DNA of 36,444 nt from Octopus bimaculoides. Lineage: Eukaryota. The stretch covers positions 104,529,309-104,565,752 of the forward strand of contig NC_068984.1 in assembly GCF_001194135.2 (NCBI RefSeq). Reading direction: 5' to 3'. Below the pieces are notes generated by a model, which saw nothing but the letters and a program-made list of their open reading frames with translations, did not search any database and was not told the DNA's origin. The translations under genes were made by a program, and so were the position numbers. This document shows positions 22,820 to 33,654 of this stretch, piece by piece. Position 1 is the first letter of the stretch. Each line of letters begins with the position of its first letter.

Positions 22820-24648
22820 ATGTCTTTGATGAGAACAATAATCTGTTCCCTTCTTTGTCCACCACACCCACTGCAAACGGACGACAAAACAAGTTGAACG
22901 TCAAATATAATACGCTCCGCCCAATCTGTGCTTTAAAAGGCAAAGAAGAAAAAGTAAAAGTAAAAGTTCCACCTCATGCAGCACTACTGAAAACAATGAA
23001 GGCTGTTCTTTGGACCGCCTTTCAAATGTGCATTTCCCTGCTCCCACTACCACTATTGCTCCTACACCAGAGAAGGAGGAAGAGAGGAATAACAACATGG
23101 CTACCAAACAAACCGACACCAGCAACACCACCAAGACCAACAACAAAACCCCATTGTAATGGTTTTGCATTCGCACCTAAGCAAAGCTCGGAGGAAATCA
23201 ATGTTACAATGGACAAAATAAAGAATGCAAAGGAGTTGTTAAGTAAGGATGGAAACGATGTCTTCCTTAACACTCTACAACAACTAATACAACAAACCAA
23301 CAAAAGGACGATAATCTATAAAATTTTCAATGTAAAACATTAAAAAAATAGAAGGGGCAACGCCACAGCAGTTGGAGATAGCGCTCAAGCCCATATGGGA
23401 TAAAAAATCATACGTAACAAAGAGGAAGCGATTTGGAACTGTAGAAGTTCACTTCCCAACTGGAGAGGAAGCAAAACAGCATTCCACAACACCCCTCAAA
23501 ACTGAAGATTTGCTGCTTGTGCCAACATACTTTGGTTGGCGCATCACAAAGATAAAAATCAAACAAGTGCCACCCGAACTAAATATATGCTGGCTAGTGG
23601 CAGCTGTCCTCTTCGACATAGAAGGCACTGCCACTATTTTGGAAGTACATAAATTGCACAGCCAAAACTAGTCGGGTATGGGTATGCAGCTTCTCATTCA
23701 ACTTGAACAAGAAAGCATAAATGCCATACCCGACTCCATAAATTTGCTGAATGGCACAAGGCTGCATGTTGCTGTAGAGGGGCGAAGACCAAAGTGCTAC
23801 CTCTGCAGCAGTGAAAAGCATTTAAAAGTGAATTGCCCCATATATAAGGAAAGAATGGAGGTGGAGAGAAGAAAGAAGTCACCAGAGACATCTCCAGTGC
23901 AACAGCAACAACAACAACAGGAGATGCAGCGGAAGCAGAGACCAAAAGCTACTGCACCACCAATACCACCACCAACAAAAGTGATACCACCTCCAGCCAT
24001 CACCAGACCAACACTAACAACGATAATGCTGGACAGTATAAATATGCCATTACCACCACCAATAACAACACCACTTTCAACAGCAATAACACCACCACCA
24101 CCAACAACAACAGACGAAACTGTATTACTGTAACGGACCCCAAAGACATCCCCTTTCCCGACCAAATCAGCTCGGACAGTGCGAGCACTGATAGTGAGAA
24201 GGAGGAGTGGCACACAGTGCCACCAAAAGAGAAAAGAAAGAAAAAGTCTAAAGAGACAACTAACAAAGTGGGGAGGCATGAGAAAGTAGAGCTTCCCAAC
24301 AACAACATGCACTCACAACATTCAACAACACCTTCTCCAGCACTACCACCGCAAACACCAACACAAATTACAGCACACACAGACACCACCAATACAAACA
24401 TCCCAGCAATAAACACTAATAATGTAAACCTTGTAACATACTTGAAAGAAAACACTGACACCACAATGACAGATTTTGTCAAATCCACACACAACACACC
24501 ACCAGCACACATACTCAGTTTTAAAATAACTCGTGAGAACTATGAGATAATAAAGAACAAATTTCCAAATGATGTTGGGTTACTCGGGAGAAGTTTTGTG
24601 AAAAAAACTTTACAAAAATCTGGTGGAAATACCCACACAAAAGCATAA
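22820..24648 (+). pseudogene. L1/Tx1 ORF1 remnant (RRM-like region, CX2CX4HX4C zinc knuckle, Q/P/T-rich tail)
   Basis: KRKRFGTVEVHFPTGEEAK; EGRRPKCYLCSSEKHLKVNCP (~23780-23840). Track ORFs 22855, 23372, 23678 and 24217 join up with stops and frameshifts. ATG at 22820 needs a 1-nt frameshift. Confidence 0.82.
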
Positions 24649-24712
24649 GGGAGCCACCCCACCAGACAACGGTGTAAGTAGAGCTTTTTTTCCTCCGTAA
24701 ATCTTTTTAAAC

Positions 24713-27700
24713 ATGGTTGAGCTCAGAATCAGTAGCATAAATGTGAGAGGCCTCGGGTTGCCTTGGAAACAATGTCGCCTCTTAAACGACCTGAGGTCTT
24801 ACAGAGTGGGCTGTGGTGGTACTGCGGTGCTATTTCAGAAAAGCCTGGATTTGAAAATAAAGGCAGTCTTCCTGGATCCATAAGGTAAGTTGGTGGTCCT
24901 GGACATGAACAGTAGTGATGGCAGTGCCTTCAGACTGGTGGCTGCCTACACTCTGACAGGGGCAGGGCAGTGGGATTATTTCAAGTGTCAGGAGGTTTTC
25001 CTGGGCATGTCTCGCACTTTAGTGCTAATTGGAGATTGGAATGCTGTCTTAGACAAACATTTGGATTGGGTGGGCGTGGGAGCATCTGATAGGAGAAGGG
25101 GTGCAAAAGCCTCGCCAACCTGCTCAGACACTTTCAGTTGTCTGACAGGTATCGACTAGACAACCTGAATGTGCCAATGTGGACTTGGACTAATCGCATC
25201 GGGTCGTCTAGATCATACTTAGATAGAGTCTTCTGTAGGCCAGTGGATAAGGACAACATAGGGTGTCCACAGTTCCTCATAGTCGGCTACTCAGACCACA
25301 AATTCGTGATCTGTACAGTCGACTTAGATAGGCTCCATTGACAGGATCCCGGTTACTGGAAGCTAAACGCATTCTTAACGGTGTGCAAAGCTTACAGAGA
25401 CTGGATTAGTTTATTAGTTAAGTGGGCGTTGATGGGGGCAATCGTCAACAACAACTGGTGGTATACTCTCAAGAGGACAATTAGAGCAGAATCAATTAGG
25501 TTTAGTAAGGCTCTAGCTGTAGAATGAAAGAAAACAGAGCGGGATTTAGTTAGAAAACTAGATGAGGCTCTTAGAACAGGCATCGCAACTGACGTGTTGG
25601 CATCCAGGTTGGCTTTTGAACAACACTTTGACGCCAAACATGAAGGCTGCGTTGTCAGAGCTAAGGCAAGTTCAGTAAGCGAGAAGGGGACTAAAGGGAC
25701 TAATGGGCCTGCGTGGCAGAGGCGAAGCATGGCAACAGGTCGACCATTCGGTCTTTGGTGGACCAGAACAGGCGCGAGGTTTCCGAACTGAAGCAGATGT
25801 GTGCGGTCTTTCAGCAGCACTTTGCTCAACTGTTCAGGATGAGTGGTGGGATGCACAATGGAACAGACTTTGGTGCGTACCTGGATGGCCTGCCGCGACT
25901 CTCAGCGAATGAGGCAGAGTGCTGCGAAAGACCGATATCTGCCTGGGAAGTAGAGTAAGCAATGAAAAGCTGCACGAAAGGCAGATCACTGGGTTTGGAT
26001 GATCTACCCTACAAGCTTTACACTTCAATGCCAGACTTGTTTGCGGGCCTCTTGGCAGATGTCTACTGCAACTGGCAACAAAACGGGAGAATCCCTGCTT
26101 TTGTTTGTCGAGGGGTGGTGGCACTGCTGAGAAAGGACCCAAACAAGGGGGATGTGATAGAGAATTTCAGGCCTATCACTCTGCTCAATGCAGAGTTGAA
26201 GATTTTGGCCAAGGTGCTAGCCAAGAGGTTGGCGCTTGTCATGGACAAGCTGATTGACAAGACACAGACATGCGCCATGCCAACCAGGTCTATCCACGAC
26301 CACCTCCATCTTATGTGCTACATCATAGAGAGGGTAGGTAATGAAGCTGGCACGTGTGGGGCTTTGATCAATTTAGATCAGAGTAAAGCCTTTGATAGGG
26401 TCGACCATCAATACTCGGCAGCTGTTCTCAAGGCAGCCGGTTTTGGTCCAGTCTTCCATGAGTGGATTGCTGCTTTGTACAGTGGCATCTGCTTGGTCAT
26501 ACAGGGGAACAGTCACCTTTCAGACCCGTTCAACATCTCATGTTCAGTCCATCAAGGATGCCCTCTCTCCTCCCTCCTGTATGTATTGATTCTTGAGTCA
26601 TTACTGCAGAAGTTGGAGGCTTTGAAGGGTATTCTGCATGATCTGGGATGTGGAAAGAGCGTGTCTGTCTATGCCGACGACATCACCATGATGGTGTCGA
26701 GCCACAGGCACATCGACCTGATTGGCCAGGCACTAAGCGAATATGAAGCGGTGACAGGTGCAAAAATTAACAAAGAAAAGTTGGTGGGCTTCCAACTGGG
26801 CTCCTGAAGGGGCAAGTCCATGCTGTCTAATAGCGTTGTGGGGTGCTGGACAGATGGACCTGTTAAACTGCTTGGAGTCTCGTTTGGTCTGGAACTCCAG
26901 TGGAGAAAAACTGGGACGAGGTGACAAACAGGGTGGCCAATCTCACCCAGAAATGGGCTGAGAGGAAGCTGTTCCTGAAAGGTTGAGTGGAGGTGGCGAA
27001 TTCATACATCGCATCCATCATCTATTACTGCTTGACTGTCGTCCCTTGTCCTGACCGCTGGTTGACCAAGCTAGTGTGCTTGCTCTTTGACTTTCTGTGG
27101 AAGGGTCAGGTACCACTGGTCAGATGCTCCATCTGCTGTCAACAGCCACTGAACAACAGAGACCTGAGCATGCTGTGGTTGCTGATGCGCAGACATGCAC
27201 TCAGGCTATGGCATCTCAAGCGTTTCCTGGACAGTGAGCAGGTGTGGTCATTGTTTGTCAGACTCTCCTTTCCACACCTTGTCTCTTTGACTGAACTGCA
27301 ATCTTGGATCAAATGTAGACCAAGAAAGGACGCTTGGGACCTCGAGTGCCATCAAGCTCTCACCACCCTCCGCCAGTTGGGTAATGCGATCTGTAGTAGT
27401 TCCACTATAGCGTTCTATAGAGGGTTAGTGCAGGAAAAGTGTGATGGCATTCTCGGGGAAACTATAGGTGTCGACAATGACCAATTCATCAGTCTATTTG
27501 GCAGAACTTTCGGGCCGGGGTCCATGGATAATTTCCAAAAGTCCCTCATCTTGCAGTGCTACTGAGGAGCACTACCTGTGCGGGATAAACTCTACCCGCA
27601 CGGCAGTGCAGTCAGCCAGGCCTGTCCAAGGTGTGCACAGAGCGACGAAACCATTCTGCACACACTCATCCAGTGCCTGACTATTGCTGACCTGTGGGTT

Positions 27701-28040
27701 TATGTTAAACAGTTACTGTCATGTGTAGGATGGATCTGGCTATCAGCTGCATCCACAGTGAAGATTGTTCCACCAACCTCCTTTAACCAGGAGGGCAAGG
27801 CAATTTTCATTTGTCTGGTGGTTGTAGCAAAAAAAAGTGGTATAGTGGACCCATTTGAAAGGGCTAAAGTCATACACTTACCTCTTTGGCCAAGGCCTCA
27901 TCAACTGTTTCAAGTTCCACTTGAAAAAGAAGGTGAGAGTAGAGAGGGAAGTGTTGTCTCATAGCAAATTTGTTGAAAGGTGGGTGAATGTCGGAAGAAT
28001 GGCCAGTATGAATGGACCAATTCTGAGATTACACTTGTAA
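24713..28040 (+). pseudogene. L1/Tx1 ORF2 remnant (APE endonuclease, reverse transcriptase, C-terminal CCHC)
   Basis: SINVRGL, LIGDWNAV, SYLDRVF, YSDHK (APE); PGYWKLN; LGLDDLP, NFRPITLLNAELKILAKVL, LDQSKAFDRVDH, VHQGCPLS, YADD; CPRCAQSDETILHTLIQC. Many stops and frameshifts; the APE QE motif region is deleted near 24810. Confidence 0.93.
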
Positions 28041-28093
28041 AACAAATAGATATAAAATGGAGAAAGGGCTCTCGCCTATGCTATCAGTTCTCT

Positions 28094-28810
28094 TCAACAA
28101 TCTAATACTTTCCTGATGATTCTGGCCATGCTAAAGAGCCAAACCTTTTGTAACAGCTCTTCTGGGGCACTTTATTCCCATTTCCTTTATATTCCTCTTG
28201 ATGCCTTCTGACACAGTCTCCAACCAAAAACACCCAAAATAATTGGCACTATCTTTGCTTTCTTCATTTTCCACAGTCAAGCTATTTTGTATTTAAGAGG
28301 ATTGTATATGTCTATTTTTTGCCTTTCTTTTTGACTATTTGAGGGTCAAAGGGGCATGTAACATCAATTTTAGATCACATGTGGTTCACCTTGTGCATCA
28401 CCACTAGATCCAGTTTGTTGTGCTCAAGCACCTGGTCTGTTTGGATTGGAAAATCCTACAGGATTTTGCAGGTCTCCAGCTTCAGCGCTCTCGGTGGTTT
28501 GAGCTCATACTACTTCTTGCCTCTCTCTAGGCCCCACTTTTCAATAATTTCTAATGTAGCACTTTTACTACCTCATTGTGTCATCACAAGTTATAATGGT
28601 TTTGGGCAAGTTGAGAGCATTTGTTCATGATACGGGCAATGGTTCAGCAACTCTTTGACAGAGTTGGCACAGTGGAGATACTTGCTCATTTCTAAGGCTG
28701 ATGCCAAAGCTTGATCTTGTGCTGCCAGTATGGTGTTCTCAGTCTCTTTCTTCAATGTTCCTTTCTTCGACCAATCCCACTTGTGTTTTTTCCAGCAACC
28801 TCAGTTGTGA
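28094..28810 (-). mobile_element. R4/Dong-like LINE 3' fragment (same subfamily as 21100-21625)
   Basis: KWDWSKKGTLKKETENTILAAQDQAL, ETIARIMNKCSQLAQ..HNEV, L*DFPIQTDQVLEHNKLDLVV, IDVTCPFD, YNPLKYKIA*LW, VPIILG, MARIIRKVLDC* (stop 28094-28096). It abuts the L1 3' UTR tail-to-tail. Confidence 0.88.
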
Positions 28811-28824
28811 CTGTTATTATTATT

Positions 28825-29385
28825 GAGTGAGGGAGCAGCACATGCCATCAAAGTGACACTTGGGTACAAATATATGAGGCTCAATATATCCGTCATGACT
28901 ACCTGTCTGATAAGGGTAGACCAAGCACATGCATCACTACCATATGTGTGAGACATGGTGATCTTATATCAAGATAAACAGTGCATAAGCTTGCAGGTGG
29001 GGCCCAGTTAGAATCTTCTTCAACTCAAGTAGCCCATTCCATTCAAAAGATCCCTGAATAAGGTTTGTTTAAGGATCATGAATGAAACACCAATGTTTCC
29101 AGAGGTGAATTATTCAAACTCCAAAAAATTCCTCTTAGCACATGGCTATGATGCTTCTCCACTACTTCTGCTCATGATCAGTGATGCACATATTGTAAGC
29201 TACTAAGGGACATACTCAACTGGTTATGGTCAAGCTACTGACAAGCAAATCTGTGGTATTGAGTAGAATATTTGCTGTGGCTTATCTTTTATACTAATAC
29301 AAAACATGTACATGATAACACTTCCAATCAGTTAAAACCAAAAGCTATGAGAGCCACTGCCTGGTACTGCATCAGGGCATTTAAT
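28825..29385. mobile_element. Unclassified ~560-bp non-coding interspersed element bounded by (ATT)n on both sides
   Basis: Complex, higher-GC sequence from GAGTGAGGGAGCAG to GCATCAGGGCATT, flanked by GTTATTATTATT (28813-28824) and (ATT)n (29385-29425). No ORF, TIR or clear A/B box. Its repeat nature is from my recollection of octopus repeats and is not demonstrable within the window. Confidence 0.5.
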
Positions 29386-29519
29386 ATTATTATTATTATT
29401 ATTATTATTATTACTGTTATTATTCAACATCTGATAGTTCCAGGCAAATTTCTACTGCATCATCTGCTACACCTCTGTGTTGCTGAGGTGTGTGTAGCAT
29501 TATGTTGTTGTTCTTGTTG

Positions 29520-29572
<53 letters not shown>

Positions 29573-29577
29573 ATATT

Positions 29578-29820
29578 AGCACATTGGACAAAATGCTTAG
29601 AGGCATCTCTTCCAGAGGTATTTGCATTTTAAGTTCAAACCCTGCAGAGATCAACTTTGCTCTCCATTGTCTTGGGGTTGATAAAATGAGTTCAAATTCT
29701 GCCAAGGTTAATTTTGTCTTTCCTCCTCTCAGTATAGGGGTTGATGCAATTGACTACTCCCACCCACCCATCCACCCGACCACTAAAATTGCTGACCTTG
29801 TGTCAAAATTTGAAATCACC
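29578..29820 (+). mobile_element. tRNA-derived SINE with an internal duplication of the B-box segment
   Basis: TTAGCAC..AAATGCTTAG head; AGTTCAAA at 29632 and again at 29689; GGGGTTGAT core; ends AAAATTGCTGACCTTGTGTCAAAATTTGAAA. Confidence 0.72.
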
Positions 29821-29933
29821 GCCACTACCACCACCACCACCATCACCGCTGCTGCCACTGCTGCCACCACCACTGCCACCACGACCATGACCATGACCAC
29901 GATGACGACGACGACGACCATCATCATCATCAT
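29818..29933. repeat. Compound trinucleotide array (ACC/GCC/ATG/ACG/ATC)
   Basis: Direct reading. Confidence 0.9.
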
Positions 29934-30799
29934 TTTTATCTATTAAGAATATTGATAATCATTGAAGAATAAAGCTATATCTATTGGGGTAATAACAAAT
30001 AGGTTTGTGTTGTTATGCATTTAAATTGTTGGTCAAATGGATCTAGATAAAGTTATTGATTTTTTATAGCTAACAACTTACTGCTGGTTCTTTATTGGGT
30101 ATTTTACATTCTACCGGTGGTTGGCTTTTGGCAGTATATATTAGAAGCACTAATAAAATCAATGCTATAAATACTACTGACTGTTTTCAAACACACCAAA
30201 TTGATATTTTTAAAGGATGCTCTTAAACCAGCTAAGTGCCATGAACTAATAACTAGCTTAGAACTATGTTTAATATTTTATCAACATAATGGCATACAAC
30301 ATAATGTATCAATAGATCACATTAACGTACAATAAGAATGCATTGTAAGCACACATTATATCAACACAGCACTCATATTACCATACAACACAACACATAT
30401 GTTATAATAGACATCAATAATCCAGGCACATGTACTACAATAACACATTACTCTATATCAACAGAGCATATATCCACACAACATCCTAGCTTACAATATC
30501 CTCACTGCAGAACAATGTACCTGAGTACAAGTGTATTAGGAAATATCTATGTGGCTGATTACTTCTGCTCTATTTAGCTGCTAAGCTTGTCTCAGAAACC
30601 TCTTTATCATTTTTAGAATGAAGGCCACAAGTTTTAAACCTTAAAACATTAGATTAACTCTTAAATATCAAAGCAGCTAGTCTCACAATAAAAGATGAGA
30701 TGATTTTACTTGAAATAATGATAAAGGCTGGTAAAAACTGTCATTTCAGATAAGCTCAATATGGTCTCTTTATCTATGAGAAATAGCAACTAAATTTCG

Positions 30800-31827
30800 T
30801 TAAAATAACTGTCTGCTTCTTTTAAAAGTGTAGGATTATTGAAAAACAACAGTAATTCAAGGTTAATGCTGAGTTTCCTTGTGTATTTGCAAGCTTCCTT
30901 GACAATAGAATGTGATTTTTTGTTACTTTCATGTTTGCATACAAGCTGCAGCATCCAGTCCTCTGTATTAGGTAAGTATTTACTTATTGTTATTGTGGAG
31001 GTCTTATAGCACAGTTCTACCTGCATCATTCCTCTTTCACCGTTATGTTTAAGTACAGATGATCAACGTCTGCTTTTGGGTGGGCATATTCTTAGGTGTT
31101 AGTAGTTTTCTTGTCTTCCTGTTCAGGCATTGGAGCTCTGTAAGATTCCAGTTAATGATGTTAAAACTGTATTGGACTACTGAAAGTGCCAGAGTGTTAA
31201 TGGCTTTGATGCAATTTTTGGAGTTGAGCTCAGTTTTTAGTATGAGTCTTACTCTCCTGTAATACTCCTTTCTTATTTTTCCTTCATAGCAGCATGTTGT
31301 ATACCATCTCCTTTGTTTATCCCCAGGTATTTATAGCTTCCTTGCAGGTCAAGCTCCTTGATGGTAATGTCAGTATCTAATTTAATGGAAGCTGTTTGTT
31401 TGAGCATGCCTCTTACAAAAGTTACTTTAGTACACTTATCAAGGCCAAAATCCATCCTGATGTTGTTGCTGCTTTAACAGCTCTACTAGCACTTCATCAT
31501 TTCTAGCAAACAGTTTCAGATCGTCCATATAAAAGAGATGGTTTACTATAATATTATACACTTTGAACTCATACCTGGTGTTACACAGTTTGTTTGAGAG
31601 TGGGAACAGTGCCATGCAAAAGAGTAATGGGGAGAAGGAGTCACATTGAAAGATGTCTCGTTTGATGTTGATATTGTTAGATTACTACGGTGTAGGAGAC
31701 ATGTATTCCATTTGGCCATGCTACCTTGTAAGAATTTGGAGATGACAGGAGAGATTTTATATATCCCAAGGGCCTTGAGTAGCCAATTAGGTAGGACGCT
31801 ATCAAATGCTTTCATGTAGTCTATCCA
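30800..31827 (-). mobile_element. R4/Dong-like LINE: RT segment, inverted relative to its 3' end
   Basis: WIDYMKAFDS, IFQCDSFSPLLFCMAL, VNHLFYMDDLKLFA (31520-31531), MDFGLDKC, YKYLGI, AINTLAL, LNRKTRKLL, PKADVDHLY, GMMQVELCYKT..SIVKEA. Confidence 0.92.
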
Positions 31828-32645
31828 GGACTGAAAGCAGAGACAGAAGGTTTCATATTAGCAGCACAAGACCAAAGCTTGCTTGCCAAAAACTACCAGG
31901 CTAATGTTCTTCAAAATGGTTCTGACCATAAATGCAGATTCTGTGACACATTTGACAAAACAATAGACCATCTCATCTCCGGATGTCTTGTACTGACACC
32001 AAACAAATACAAAAATCGCCATAATAGAGTAGGACAATATTTACATTGGAAAATATGTAAATACTACAAAATCAGAACTCCTGCTTACTGGTATGAACAT
32101 CATCCTGAGCCAGTCATTGAAAGTAATGTCACTATCCTCTGGGATTTTCCAGTCAACACTGACAGAACGATCAAGGCTAATCAACCAGACATAGTCATTA
32201 AAGACGGGAAAGAAAATACTTGTAGACTAATAGATGTAAGTGATCCTACAAATAAAAATATATCTGTGAAGGAATTTGACAAATTAAGTAAATATAAGGA
32301 CCTGGAAATTGAAATACAAAAGATGTGGGATCTTAAAGAGAGAACTGTTCCTGTTATTGTGGGTGCCTTAGGTATGATAAGAAAAGGATGTTAGAAATAT
32401 CTAGATAATATCCCAGGAGAACCATGTCTCAGAGAAATCCAAAAGATACTGCTGTCAAGTATTGCCCACATCCTTAGAAAAACCCCATCAATTTAAATGT
32501 CTGTGTTGTATTACATGAAGATATTTCGCTACTGCCCCTGCCACTTCTCCTCCTCAACCTTTCAGTCATGCTGTAACATCTCTTATCCTTCACTCACCCT
32601 AAGACGATGTGTGTGTCTAGGCAAGTGATTGTAACAATTAAAAGA

Positions 32646-32690
<45 letters not shown>
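31825..32690 (+). mobile_element. R4/Dong-like LINE: 3' segment (zinc knuckle, RLE, 3' UTR, (AAT)n tail)
   Basis: GLKAETEGFILAAQDQSL, KCRFCDTFDKTIDHLISGC, KNRHNRV, ILWDFPVNTD, NQPDIV, LIDVS, KEFDKLSKYKDL, VIVGALGMI, HILRKTPSI* (32494-32496). Tail at 32646-32690. Confidence 0.94.
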
Positions 32691-32692
<2 letters not shown>

Positions 32693-32718
32693 TACCAGCA
32701 GATGACAANNNNNNNNNN

Positions 32719-33175
32719 ACCGAAAATAGAGTTGGAATGGGTAATGGCAGCAGTTTTTCCTGAAATAGGAGAAGTAAGGATAATTATGATAAGCAGAACC
32801 CAACAAAGAAATCATTGTGGGGTATGGGTTGGAGGTGCTTTTTACGGCAAGTCAGAAAGTTTACAGTGACATACCGGAGACACTGGAACTGCCTAACGAG
32901 GACAAACTGGACACAATGCTGGAGGTTAGACCTCCAAAGTGCTATCTATGAATGTGGCAAAAGAGGTCACATTAGAAGAAGGTGCCCAGAAATAATGGAA
33001 AACAAAGAAATGCAAAGACAAGAAGGTGTGATAGAGGAGAGGAAACACTCACAGGAAGAGGAGAAGAGAGCTGATTTTGAGGAAGCTAAATCAAGGAAGA
33101 GAGAAAGGAGCTCATCGCCGAAAGTCGAACAAGGGAAAAAATACAAATCACAGGATCAAGTGGGATCACTGAGGA
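32719..33175 (+). mobile_element. L1/Tx1-type ORF1 fragment from a second family
   Basis: PKIELEWVMAAV..DIPETLELPNEDKLDTMLEVRPPKCY/ECGKRGHIRRRCP aligns by eye to ORF1 at 23570-23840 (PPELNICWLVAAV..AIPDSINLLNGTRLHVAVEGRRPKCYLC..H....CP). Small frameshift within the knuckle. Confidence 0.75.
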
Positions 33176-33178
33176 AAG

Positions 33179-33443
33179 TTAGGTATGATAAAAAACATTC
33201 AGACAAATACATAATCAAATCACCAGGACTTATGAATGTATATAACATACAGAAAATAGCACTACTAAGCACTGTGCACATTCTACATAAAGCACTTTAA
33301 ATACAGTGAAAATAAGAGCACCACAACACCACAACACATATCCAAGGCACACAGAGCAGTGCTCAGTAGTGCAGTGAAAGCATGTGATAAAAATAAGACT
33401 ACTGAATAATAATAATGATAATAATAATAATAATAATAATAAT
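33179..33443 (+). mobile_element. R4/Dong-like LINE extreme 3' end with (AAT)n tail
   Basis: LGMIKK..DKYI..PGL.NVYNIQKIALLSTVHILHKAL*, then 3' UTR and (AAT)n at 33405-33443. Parallels the C-termini at 32340-32496 and 21722-21800. Confidence 0.82.
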
Positions 33444-33444
33444 T

Positions 33445-33630
33445 TTTTCCAATTTTTGATGAATTTTGAGGGAGGGAGCAACCTGATTACATTGAGCTCA
33501 GTATTTGACCGGTATTTTATTTCATCAGTCCCAAAATGATTAAAGGCAAAGCTTACCTCAACAGGATTGTAAAGAGCCAGAAGAAATGCTACTAAGCTTT
33601 TTATTCGATGCACTAATGGTTCTGCTCACC
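33445..33630 (-). mobile_element. tRNA-derived SINE whose (ATT)n tail is shared with the adjacent Dong-like tail
   Basis: Reverse complement GCAGAACCATTAGTGCA..AAAAGCTTAG..GTTGAGGTAAGCTTTGCCTTT.ATC.TTTTGGG..GAT.AAATAAAATACC, same family as 29578-29820. Confidence 0.68.
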
Positions 33631-33654
33631 CACTGCTTGAATAATAATTATAAT

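Larger units (their letters stand above)
22601..28090 (+). mobile_element. Near full-length L1/Tx1-type LINE, inactive (5' UTR, ORF1, 64-bp spacer, ORF2; 3' UTR cut off)
   Basis: Two collinear ORF remnants with RRM-like/CCHC ORF1 and APE-RT-zinc finger ORF2. The 5' boundary is inferred from the flanking microsatellite. Confidence 0.9.

Noticed and set aside
29272-29946. 224-aa ORF
   Set aside because: Read-through of (ATT)n, a SINE and compound trinucleotide repeats; AT-rich triplet arrays leave frames open by chance.
30330-30530. C/A-skewed low-complexity tract (similar at 15160-15425)
   Set aside because: No consistent period or boundaries; probably a decayed microsatellite.
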